This document shows positions 1 through 8,019 of a DNA stretch of 37,475 nt, in pieces (the stretch's first letter is position 1; every line of letters begins with the position of its first letter). The notes beneath the pieces are model-generated. The model was given only the letters and a program-made list of their open reading frames with translations, made no database searches and had not been told where the DNA came from. The translations under genes were made by a program, and so were the position numbers. The stretch is from Hadesarchaea archaeon. Lineage in GTDB: Archaea > Hadarchaeota > Hadarchaeia > Hadarchaeales > WYZ-LMO6. The DNA is taken from positions 1-37,475 of the forward strand of contig JAPDJF010000036.1 of the NCBI GenBank assembly GCA_029259185.1, given 5' to 3'.

Positions 1-168
1 CCTTCCCGTGGCCCTCGCCTGCTCCCTGAGCTGACCGCTCGTCCGGATGATGACCCCTGCGGCCACAGCTGCTACGAGGATGAGGGCTATGAATATGATC
101 AGCGTACCTATCCCGACGATACCCCGCCTCTCTCCGGCAAACCTGCTGGCCAATTTCATCTTTCTCAT
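1..168 (-). CDS. flaB: Archaellin/flagellin (5' part; runs off the window start)
   Basis: Not in the ORF track. Manual translation from ATG 168 (alternative ATG 159) gives [56 protein letters not shown]. This is a class III signal peptide followed by the conserved archaellin N-terminal helix. Confidence 0.93.
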   Translation of the reverse strand, partial: MRKMKLASRFAGERRGIVGIGTLIIFIALILVAAVAAGVIIRTSGQLREQARATGR

Positions 169-270
169 TCCATCCTTATTTAACTAAAATGAGGCTTAAA
201 AAAGCTCCTATTCAATTTTAGAATCTGATAATCAGACTTTAGACAAAAAACAGTTAATTTATCTCTTTTT

Positions 271-286
271 TTATCAAAAATGATAA
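271..286. promoter_or_regulatory. Palindromic operator-like site TTATCA-N4-TGATAA upstream of the archaellin gene
   Basis: TTATCA-AAAA-TGATAA read directly; the same motif recurs at 2201, 3711 and 3798. Confidence 0.55.
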
Positions 287-291
287 TTTTC

Positions 292-1410
292 TTATTCTTT
301 CTTTTTAAGCTCCCTCACCGTTTTCTCAAGCTCGGTGGTGACCATGTCCAAGTGCTGGGCGGTCTTGGCCAAACCCCTTATCGCCGCCGTGTGGGATTTA
401 AGGTGCATCGCATATTCCCTCATGGCACTTGAGAAGGAAACGAGCGCACCCTGGGTGTCCGCTGTGCTCCGGAGGGCCATTATTACCCTCTCCTCCAGCT
501 CCTTCCTCCGCTCCATCCAAGGAGGAATGGTGGCGTACAGGAGGAGGGAGGAAATTACTATAATAGCATAAGTCCTCCCGTATGCGGTCTGGAGGAAGAG
601 AAACACGTGGCCGAGTTTTGGAATTTTGAATCCGCTGTACCTCCCTATTACCTCCCCCACGCTTGTTTTGAACGGGTCTGGCCCGGTGGCATCACCTTTC
701 GTGATGAGATACTGATCCTCCACCTTCTCCACTCGGTGGATCAGCTGGGCAGGATAATTGTACCTCCGCTGGAACTCCTCGGATACCTTGAAGGCCACGA
801 CGTCCCCCGGTTTGATATCACTTGGACTTACTCCCTCCAGGTACACCACATCCCCCCTCTCAAGCGTTGGCTCCATACTGCTCGACCCAACCACCATAAA
901 GGGGATCCCCTCCACGTTGTAGATCAGGAGTGAAGCGAATACCAGAATCAACAACCCAACAGCTAGCTTGGAGGCAAGACTCCACCCTTCGAACCTCTTC
1001 CTCACGGGCGGCTCGACCCTGAGGGGAGGGACAACCTCACCCTCGATTTTCGGAACTGAGGGCTTTGGAAGTTTGAACTCCAAGAAATACCGTGGTCGTC
1101 CATCACTCCCCCTTCTCACATAAAAGCGAGGATCTCGGAGAGAACCTCCACCCCTCAGGATATCCTCAACCCGAGCACTCGGGACAACGGAGAAATGAAC
1201 CCACTTCCACTCCGAAGGGGGTCTTCCCTCCTTTGGAAACCTCAACCAAAGGTGAAGTTTCCCTTCTGCCTCATCGAACCTGAACTTAAAGGTTCCTGGG
1301 GGGAGTGTTCGATCCTTTTTCCCCAAAGCTAAGAGACTCTCGGCTATCCCCCCCATCCGTTCGGGTAGCTTGAGTCTGTAGGGGAGAAACGCAGCAGACA
1401 CCTTTACCAA
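292..1410 (-). CDS. sipW: Signal peptidase I, archaeal/SipW (S26B) type, with an extra N-terminal domain and a C-terminal coiled coil
   Basis: A TM segment is followed by VVGSSSMEPTL.RGD, IKPGDVVAF, LIHRV and ITKGDA (Ser-His type S26B motifs), then a second TM and a heptad-rich tail. Start is TTG 1410 (GGAG upstream) or ATG 1356. Confidence 0.85.
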   Translation of the reverse strand: MVKVSAAFLPYRLKLPERMGGIAESLLALGKKDRTLPPGTFKFRFDEAEGKLHLWLRFPKEGRPPSEWKWVHFSVVPSARVEDILRGGGSLRDPRFYVRRGSDGRPRYFLEFKLPKPSVPKIEGEVVPPLRVEPPVRKRFEGWSLASKLAVGLLILVFASLLIYNVEGIPFMVVGSSSMEPTLERGDVVYLEGVSPSDIKPGDVVAFKVSEEFQRRYNYPAQLIHRVEKVEDQYLITKGDATGPDPFKTSVGEVIGRYSGFKIPKLGHVFLFLQTAYGRTYAIIVISSLLLYATIPPWMERRKELEERVIMALRSTADTQGALVSFSSAMREYAMHLKSHTAAIRGLAKTAQHLDMVTTELEKTVRELKKKE

Positions 1411-1564
1411 AGAAAACTCCGCCTTTCCGATTTAAGAGATTTCTTAGAAAAATTTCAACTTTGATGAACTCAAAGCGCTGACCGACTGGCTTGGAGAGTA
1501 AAAGATCCGAGGGTGAATCAAAAGTTAGGGAGAGAGGTCGGTTTCAGAGGCTCCGCCTATCCCC

Positions 1565-2233
1565 TCAGAGGTTCGCGGCTTCCTCGATGTTACAGTAGTT
1601 GACCACGCCCGGATAGCTAGTGTATCCCTCTTTGGCGTAGTAATCACCGCTGTCCAACGCGATGACTAGTGGGTGATCGTGGCTCACGTTGTCGTAAGAG
1701 ATTATGAAAGTCGCAGGACCGCCCACCAGGGTCAACATAACGTTCTCCCCTGCGATGCGTTGCCAGTTATCGTTGTTCTGAAGTTGTTCGACGTTATCGG
1801 CATCTGTACCTATGAACTTGTAAACTGCGATGTTCTCGGTGAAGGATGTATAGTACTCGTTTAGATCCTTACGGTTAACCATTTCAACTTGGATCCACAC
1901 CCCCGTTCTCAACGCCGCATGAGGTCTGATGTAGAAGAGGTTCCCGGCACCTATCCTCCCACCAGTCCCTCCTATCACATTTTCAGGGAAGGAAGGAGCG
2001 TTATCATACGGTCCAACGGCCGAGTTTTCGGTCGTGAGATCTATGACGTCACCTATCCCGGGCGCAGAGTCGATAGGTGTGACGGTGGCTACCCCATAGG
2101 TCGCAGCGTATGCCAAGCCGAAGATCCCGCCCAACAAAATCAGGGTGAAAATGAAGATCAGGTGCTTCCTGTAAGATTTTTTTATCAGCCTAAATCTCCG
2201 ATTATCAAGGTTGAAAATCGATTTTCCACCCAT
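1565..2233 (-). CDS. Secreted cannula (CanA)/TasA-like fibre subunit, minimal core paralogue 1
   Basis: Basic n-region plus hydrophobic signal peptide ending LAYA/A. Strong similarity to 2553..3641 (GPYD..P.FPENVIGGTGGR, WIQVEMVNRK, TSFTEN, DHP.V.ALD.GD..AKEGY, IEEAA). Start moved to ATG 2233 because the track's upstream extension is AT-rich regulatory DNA. Family assignment is inference. Confidence 0.7.
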   Translation of the reverse strand: MGGKSIFNLDNRRFRLIKKSYRKHLIFIFTLILLGGIFGLAYAATYGVATVTPIDSAPGIGDVIDLTTENSAVGPYDNAPSFPENVIGGTGGRIGAGNLFYIRPHAALRTGVWIQVEMVNRKDLNEYYTSFTENIAVYKFIGTDADNVEQLQNNDNWQRIAGENVMLTLVGGPATFIISYDNVSHDHPLVIALDSGDYYAKEGYTSYPGVVNYCNIEEAANL

Positions 2234-2525
2234 TTTTCCGCACCTTCCGAATATTGGGTTATTATGAAACTTAAAAACGGTTTCTATCAGATTATCATGC
2301 GTTAGAATTAAATCTGAGCATGAAAATCCGTTTAAATTGGTTTTTATCCAATTATCATCTTGTATAATTATCAAAGTCTGAAAATCTCTATTAAAAATCA
2401 AATCCGATAATTAATTTTGATTAAAAATTTAGTTGACCCCACCAAAACTTTTTTTACCACACCCACTGAACCCAGAGAACCCACGATTACCTTAACCACA
2501 AACGAAACCAACACGGGTTAACGGG

Positions 2526-2550
2526 TGGAAAGTTGAAGAAAAGAAAAAAT
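2526..2550 (-). terminator. Oligo-U archaeal terminator after paralogue 2
   Basis: The minus strand reads TTTTTCTTTTCTT immediately after the stop at 2553. Confidence 0.45.
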
Positions 2551-2552
2551 GC

Positions 2553-3641
2553 TCAGTACGCCGCTTCCTCGATGCTCAGGTAGTGAGTTATCCCGGGGAA
2601 GGTCCAGTACCCTTCCTTCGCCCAGAAGTCTCCCCTATCCAAAGCCACCACCATTGGGTGGTCAGCTCCCATCGTGGTTGAATGGAATATCCTCACGTAG
2701 TCGATCATCAAACTCGTTCGACCGACGGTCGAATCCGCCTGCCTGAAGCGGAGATGGACGTTTTCCGCTTGATTATCGTTGATCAGAGCTCTGAAGTTGT
2801 AGTTGTCATCCGTGAGCGTGAGAGTGTACACCGTATCGTCGCCCGAGTACGATAGGTTCTCGATGTAAACCCACTGTCCAGCGTCGAAATCCCACAGGTA
2901 GAGCTCTACCTCTTCGTTAGTGCCCTCTATGTGATACTCTATCTGGATCTCGTAGGAGTGATCCCGCGGAACTTCGGTTATGTAGTGGTAGACGTCGAAC
3001 ACATTGTCGGTGTTCTCGTATATGTTCTCATAGTTTCCGTCATCGGCCTGAGCGTTCTCGAAGTCGGTGACGGTTCCACCGATGTTCTCATAGTTATCAA
3101 CGTACGCGTAGCCGGAGTAGACCCTACTCACCTCGAACGTTGCCGGTGCACCTACGAGGGTCAGATAAGCCTCGTCGATTCGCTTCCACATGTTGTCCCA
3201 TACCCACCTCTCGGAGTTATCGCTAACGGCTAGATAAAGTCCGAGGTTCTCGGTGAAGGAGGTCCAGTGTTCATTTATCTCCTTCCGGTTTACCATCTCG
3301 ACTTGGATCCACAACCCCGTGTAAAGTTGAGGTCTGGGTTCGATGAAGAAGATATTCCCTGGAGAGAGCCTGCCTCCCGTGCCCCCTATCACGTTTTCAG
3401 GGAAGTAGGGAAATGTGTCGTACGGACCGATGGTCGTGTTCTCAACGCTCTGATCGTGCACCACTCCTATGTCCGGTGCACCTTGGGGCGGCCCGAGCAC
3501 CGCTACTCCCTGGGTCGCAGCGAAGGCTAGGGCAAAGATCCCGCCGAGTAAAGCGAGCACTAGGAATAACGCATTACGCCTCTTCAGTACCTTCCGCTTC
3601 GCAGAGGCCCAAGCCTTGAAGAATTTTCTTCGCGTTGTCAT
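2553..3641 (-). CDS. Secreted CanA/TasA-like paralogue 2 with a ~150-aa inserted acidic beta-sandwich domain
   Basis: Signal peptide ending LAFA/A. The core aligns with paralogue 1 except for an insertion (~2668-3126) between PATFEVS and ADHPMVVALD, which contains DDGNY...YLWD...QW...IDYVRI. Confidence 0.72.
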   Translation of the reverse strand: MTTRRKFFKAWASAKRKVLKRRNALFLVLALLGGIFALAFAATQGVAVLGPPQGAPDIGVVHDQSVENTTIGPYDTFPYFPENVIGGTGGRLSPGNIFFIEPRPQLYTGLWIQVEMVNRKEINEHWTSFTENLGLYLAVSDNSERWVWDNMWKRIDEAYLTLVGAPATFEVSRVYSGYAYVDNYENIGGTVTDFENAQADDGNYENIYENTDNVFDVYHYITEVPRDHSYEIQIEYHIEGTNEEVELYLWDFDAGQWVYIENLSYSGDDTVYTLTLTDDNYNFRALINDNQAENVHLRFRQADSTVGRTSLMIDYVRIFHSTTMGADHPMVVALDRGDFWAKEGYWTFPGITHYLSIEEAAY

Positions 3642-3687
3642 CTCCGATAACGAATCTTCAGAATCTTTTTTAAGAATGTTTCTCTCA

Positions 3688-3815
3688 AATTATCAAAATT
3701 GTCCACCATAATTATCAAAATTGATATGAATTAGACTCCAATTTGGATTTCAAGCTCTAATTTTGGTGTTCAGATGAAAAAATGATTCTTTTCAGTGATT
3801 ATCAACTGTGATAAT
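3688..3815. promoter_or_regulatory. Cluster of ATTATCA-N4-TGATAAT operator-like sites in the divergent promoter region
   Basis: Perfect ATTATCA-ACTG-TGATAAT at 3798-3815; ATTATCA-AAAT-TGATAT at 3711-3727; direct repeat AATTATCAAAATTG at 3688 and 3710. Confidence 0.6.
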
Positions 3816-3864
3816 TTTATCGAAATACTTTAATGTAGTTTACTAAAGAAAAATTAACGATAAG

Positions 3865-4038
3865 ATGGAACTCGTTGAGAAAAGATGCACGTTCTGCGGG
3901 TACATAAACTACTTCCCGAACCCGCCCCTCCACCCCGAACACCGATGCTTGGAATGCGGCACTATAATCTATCCCAAAGCGATCCCAAAGGCCATGGAAA
4001 TAGCCCGCCCCACCCCCCGGCGTCCACGCAGACTCTAG
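3865..4038 (+). CDS. Small zinc-ribbon protein, 57 aa (CxxC...CxxC)
   Basis: Below the ORF-track cutoff. MELVEKRCTFCGYINYFPNPPLHPEHRCLECGTIIYPKAIPKAMEIARPTPRRPRRL* has two CxxCG knuckles and a basic tail. Confidence 0.75.
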   Translation: MELVEKRCTFCGYINYFPNPPLHPEHRCLECGTIIYPKAIPKAMEIARPTPRRPRRL

Positions 4039-4126
4039 AGATTCAGCTCTGATAATCACTTCCCCATTTTTTTAAATTTACTTAACAAATTTTAACTAAG
4101 GGAATATTTAGGAGGATGCTAGCCCG

Positions 4127-5959
4127 ATGGAAACTCTTCGGAGGAGAAAAGGAACCGTCCTGCTCGTGCTGTTCCTCCTCACGCTCGCGGTGGCTCTCGT
4201 CTACTGCTCGACCTCCGCAGTGTTCACCACCACGCCCGAGAACTTCGCCCCGCGGGTGGCTGAAGTTAAGATGCTCGAGTGGAAGAGCAGGAAGGTGGGA
4301 CCGTACTACCACTTCCCGCCCCCGTACCAATTGTTCCCCCACGGGGTCGCGGCTTACCGCTCCGAGACGGGGAGTGGGGATGACTACCCGAAGTACAGGA
4401 CGTGGAACGGCGCCTACTGGAGTTCGGAGGAGGAACTCCCGGAGAACTTCGGCACCCCTCGCTGGGTGGTGGCCAAACACTTCCCGTTCTACTGCGAGCG
4501 CCTGGAGGAGTGGATATTCGTGGTGTGTGATGTTGAGGGGTGGCTCAGCGCGTACGTGTGGGACGGGGAGAACTGGATCATCGAAAACCGTTTCGCCCAG
4601 ACGGTGACCATCAACCGGGCATTCGACCTAGCGTATGAGCAGAAGTCCGGCGACGCCCTGCTCGTCTACTCGACAGGGGGGATTGACCCAGAGCTCAAGT
4701 ACAGGATCTGGAACGGGGAGAACTGGTCGTCCCCAGCCAGCTTGGACCTCACCACCGAGGACGAGGTGGTGAGGCTTGTCCGGATGGACTCCAACCCGCT
4801 TTCGGACGAGATATGCATGGTGGTGGTGAACGCCGCTCCCACTGCCATAGGGGTGGTCTGGGATGGGCAGAGCTGGGGAAACGAGACCATGCTCGATGTC
4901 GCTTCCGGCAGGGCTTACTCATCCACCACGTGGTCCGCGGACCTAGCTTATGAACAGACCACGGGGCACTGCGTGGTCGTGTACAATGATTTCTTGGTCG
5001 CGGCCCAGTTCGGGAGAACCCGTTCGAGGGTGTGGGACGGTACGGATTGGAGCGGATTTACCACCATAACCGATGATTACTCCACCGTGATCGAGGTGGA
5101 GCCCCAGCCTGGGTCCGAAAACATCATGCTTGTCGTGATCCTAGGAAGCACCTCCACCTACGGGAGGGACCTGTGGGACGGGGGTGCCTGGGTGGGGCTC
5201 GAGGACACGACGATCGCGAGCACCTACCCCGAGAACCGGACCTATGACCTGGCGTGGGAACCCGAGGGGGAGGAGCTACTGTGGGCATACCAGGACGACG
5301 CGAACCCGGGGACCCTCCAGTACCAGACGTGGACCCCCGCTGGAGGGTGGGGGACCCTCAGCGGTTCGATCCAGACGGGAGGGAGTCCAACCTGGGTGGA
5401 GCTCATCCCGGGATCCGAGCACCCGAGGGACACGGGGGTGCTCGGGGCATACCTGACCGACAACTTCGACCTGGGGGGTGCGTGGTGGACGGGAGACGAG
5501 CTGGTGAACCTCGGCTCCCAGCGGTTCACCGCGCTAGCGGGAGAGAGGTACACCAAGGTGTTCGACCTCACGAACCAGGGCGTGGACCACGGGAACCTCT
5601 ACCTCATAAGACCAAGCCCGCAGTACCGCCGGGGGCTGTGGATCCAAGTCGAGCTCGTGAACCGGTGGGAGATAGACAATTTCTACCTGGTGTTCGAGGA
5701 GAACGTGGGGGTGTACCGCGTGACCACCGACAACTCCGAGCTCTGGGAGAACGAGGAATACTGGGTGCCCGTGCAGCAGGAGAACATGAGCAAGTCGGGC
5801 AAACCCATCGAGTTCCAGGTTCCGGAGGTGTACGTGAGCTACGACTACCCGCTCGTGATCGCGATCGACAACATGTACTACGAGGTGAGACCTGAGAACG
5901 CCGAAAACGTGTGCGTGGGAGCGTACCACTACGTAAGCGTGGAGGAGGGAGACTATTGA
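4127..5959 (+). CDS. Secreted CanA/TasA-like paralogue 3 with a ~420-aa inserted repeat (probable beta-propeller) domain
   Basis: Signal peptide with SipW-like STSAVFT. The core is split into VGPYYHFP and GNLYLIRP..GLWIQVELVNR..ENVGVY..DYPLVIAID..YVSVEEGDY. The insert holds eight ~50-aa W(D/N/T)G..W repeats. Confidence 0.75.
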   Translation: METLRRRKGTVLLVLFLLTLAVALVYCSTSAVFTTTPENFAPRVAEVKMLEWKSRKVGPYYHFPPPYQLFPHGVAAYRSETGSGDDYPKYRTWNGAYWSSEEELPENFGTPRWVVAKHFPFYCERLEEWIFVVCDVEGWLSAYVWDGENWIIENRFAQTVTINRAFDLAYEQKSGDALLVYSTGGIDPELKYRIWNGENWSSPASLDLTTEDEVVRLVRMDSNPLSDEICMVVVNAAPTAIGVVWDGQSWGNETMLDVASGRAYSSTTWSADLAYEQTTGHCVVVYNDFLVAAQFGRTRSRVWDGTDWSGFTTITDDYSTVIEVEPQPGSENIMLVVILGSTSTYGRDLWDGGAWVGLEDTTIASTYPENRTYDLAWEPEGEELLWAYQDDANPGTLQYQTWTPAGGWGTLSGSIQTGGSPTWVELIPGSEHPRDTGVLGAYLTDNFDLGGAWWTGDELVNLGSQRFTALAGERYTKVFDLTNQGVDHGNLYLIRPSPQYRRGLWIQVELVNRWEIDNFYLVFEENVGVYRVTTDNSELWENEEYWVPVQQENMSKSGKPIEFQVPEVYVSYDYPLVIAIDNMYYEVRPENAENVCVGAYHYVSVEEGDY

Positions 5960-6035
5960 TGGTCTCTGAGGTTTTCACTCTCCGACCCCAAAGGCGTTTC
6001 CACTTCGAAATGGGCTAAGAGATGGGGTTGCTGAG

Positions 6036-6584
6036 ATGGACTTCCTGATGGAGATCTTGGTGGTACTCGTGATCGCGCTCTTCGTGATAGTGCTGATCGA
6101 CATACTCAGGGGAAAGAAAACTGTCTACCCGAGAGACCTCTGGAAGCTCGTTCCCTCTGCCTCCGATCTTCCAGGATCGGGATGGGGGCTGATAGGGGAG
6201 TGGTGGCTCCCTTGGGTCGATGTGGTGTGGAAAAACGCGGTTGACAAGAACCCTTTAGAATCCGGGTACGAGGAAGGGTTCATGAACCTGTTCGAAAGGG
6301 GGGAGGAGCGAGTAGCCTTCTGCATTCTCAGATTCACGTCGAGCGAACTCGCCGCCAAAGCTTTCTCGGGGATCCGTGCAGAGTGGGGAGACAAGGAACT
6401 TTACGGGGTTTCGGTGGGGGAGGAATCGATCGGCCTATACCTCAGATCAAACGATGCGGATGGCATACTGTTCCGGGAGGGGGAGCTAGTGGCCTTCGTG
6501 TTGCTTGGTAAACCCGGGGTTCGCAGGGGGGAATCGCTAAAGTTCGCAGATCGTTTTGTGAAAATCATATGGGGGCTCGGATAG
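6036..6584 (+). CDS. Hypothetical protein with an N-terminal membrane anchor
   Basis: 182 aa, single N-terminal hydrophobic helix, co-oriented downstream of paralogue 3. Confidence 0.7.
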   Translation: MDFLMEILVVLVIALFVIVLIDILRGKKTVYPRDLWKLVPSASDLPGSGWGLIGEWWLPWVDVVWKNAVDKNPLESGYEEGFMNLFERGEERVAFCILRFTSSELAAKAFSGIRAEWGDKELYGVSVGEESIGLYLRSNDADGILFREGELVAFVLLGKPGVRRGESLKFADRFVKIIWGLG

Positions 6585-6643
6585 AACCACCTAATCGATC
6601 TCCGGGTAAAAATAGGGAAACGGGAAAAGATTAGTACGGAATC

Positions 6644-7024
6644 ATGTCGGGAAAGGGGACGAAGGTTTTCAAATACAAGCAAGTTCTCGTCGTTAGAGGC
6701 GACCTCGAAATGAGCGCAGGAAAGCTCGCGGCCCAGGTCGCCCACGGAGCAGTCCTAGCAGCCGAAAAGGCGAGATCCACCAAAAAAGAATGGTTTCAGG
6801 GTTGGATAGGAGAAGGTCAGAAAAAGGTTGTGGTGAAGGTTCCGGGGAAACCCGAACTGATACGTCTCCGAGACCAAGCGAAAGAACTCGGCCTCCCGGC
6901 TGAGGTGGTCGAAGATGCGGGCCTGACCGAGCTACCTCCCGGAACCCTAACCGTGCTCGGCATAGGACCTGGTCCGTCCGAACTCGTAGACAAGCTAACA
7001 GGGAGACTCCCCCTCCTGAGGTGA
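6644..7024 (+). CDS. pth2: Peptidyl-tRNA hydrolase 2
   Basis: KQVLVVRGDLEMSAGKLAAQVAHGAV, GQKKVVVKV, DAGLTELPPGT.TVLGIGP. Confidence 0.97.
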   Translation: MSGKGTKVFKYKQVLVVRGDLEMSAGKLAAQVAHGAVLAAEKARSTKKEWFQGWIGEGQKKVVVKVPGKPELIRLRDQAKELGLPAEVVEDAGLTELPPGTLTVLGIGPGPSELVDKLTGRLPLLR

Positions 7025-7028
7025 GTGG

Positions 7029-8009
7029 ATGGAAATCTCAAAGATGGGGGAAAGGAAGCTAGTGGAACTCGCCAAGCGTGTTTTCAAAACCCCCCGCTCC
7101 GTGAAAGTTGGCATAGGTGACGACGGGGCTGTTATTTCTCTGGGCAAGCATGAATTAGTGGTGACCACGGATATGCTCGCCTCTGGCACGGATTTCCCAT
7201 CAGGAACAACACCCTTCCACATGGGATGGAAGGCCGTAGTGGCAAACCTCAGCGACTTGGCCGCCATGGGAGCGAGGCCCTTGGGAATTCTCTTTTCGTT
7301 GGGCTTGCCGGGAACTCTGGAAAGGGAATTCGTTGAAGAGCTACTGAGGGGCATGAAAAGGTCCGCCGAAGAGCACGGAACCTGCGTCATAGGGGGGGAC
7401 TTCGGGGAATCTCCAGAAGTAACGATATGCGGTACGGCGGTGGGGAAGATAGAGGATGGAAAAGCTTTGAAGAGGAGTGGGGCCAAACCGGGCGATCTCC
7501 TGGCTATCACGGGGGAGCCCGGATGTGCCGCAGCCGGGTTGGAGATCCTCAACCTAAAGATGAAGGGTCACCGAAAACTCGTGGAGTCCTTCCTGAAGCC
7601 CCGTGCTAGGCTGAGGGAGGGAGTGATTCTCGCACGAAGGGGGTGGGCCACTTCTGCCATAGACGTTTCAGATGGGCTCATCAGGGACATGTGGAACCTC
7701 TCAAGGGGGAGCGGGGTAAAACTCGTGCTCGAACGTGAAAAAATTCCAGTCTCTCCGGCCCTCCTGAGGCTCACCTCCAAGCTGGGGAGATCCGCATGGG
7801 ATTTCGTGCTCTACGGAGGAGAGGACTTCGAGCTCATCTTCACGGTGTCACCAAGGCGGTGGGACGATGTCGAGAGGATGCTCGGAAAACTGGGAACGAA
7901 AGTGAGCGTGGTGGGGAGGGTAGAGAAGGGAAGGGGTGTATTCCTCCAAGAGGATGGAAAGACGATGAGAGTTCGAGATTTCGGCTACGAGCACTTCACC
8001 CATGGATAG
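7029..8009 (+). CDS. thiL: Thiamine-monophosphate kinase
   Basis: GIGDDGA, TTDML, NLSDLAAMGARP, IGGD, AIDVSDGL, GGEDFEL. Confidence 0.95.
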   Translation: MEISKMGERKLVELAKRVFKTPRSVKVGIGDDGAVISLGKHELVVTTDMLASGTDFPSGTTPFHMGWKAVVANLSDLAAMGARPLGILFSLGLPGTLEREFVEELLRGMKRSAEEHGTCVIGGDFGESPEVTICGTAVGKIEDGKALKRSGAKPGDLLAITGEPGCAAAGLEILNLKMKGHRKLVESFLKPRARLREGVILARRGWATSAIDVSDGLIRDMWNLSRGSGVKLVLEREKIPVSPALLRLTSKLGRSAWDFVLYGGEDFELIFTVSPRRWDDVERMLGKLGTKVSVVGRVEKGRGVFLQEDGKTMRVRDFGYEHFTHG

Positions 8010-8019
8010 AGAAATCTCG

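Noticed and set aside
2234-2401. N-terminal extension of the 278-aa ORF
   Set aside because: AT-rich DNA full of operator half-sites. The extension would bury the signal peptide and has no counterpart in the paralogues.
3688-3723. Direct repeats here and at 34404 considered as a mini-CRISPR
   Set aside because: Only two copies each, with the wrong length and spacing and no cas genes; better explained as operators.
4127-4230. Class III (pilin) signal peptide reading of RRRKG/T in paralogue 3
   Set aside because: Homology to the two SPase I-type paralogues and the TSAVFT motif after the h-region favour SipW processing, though this is not formally excluded.
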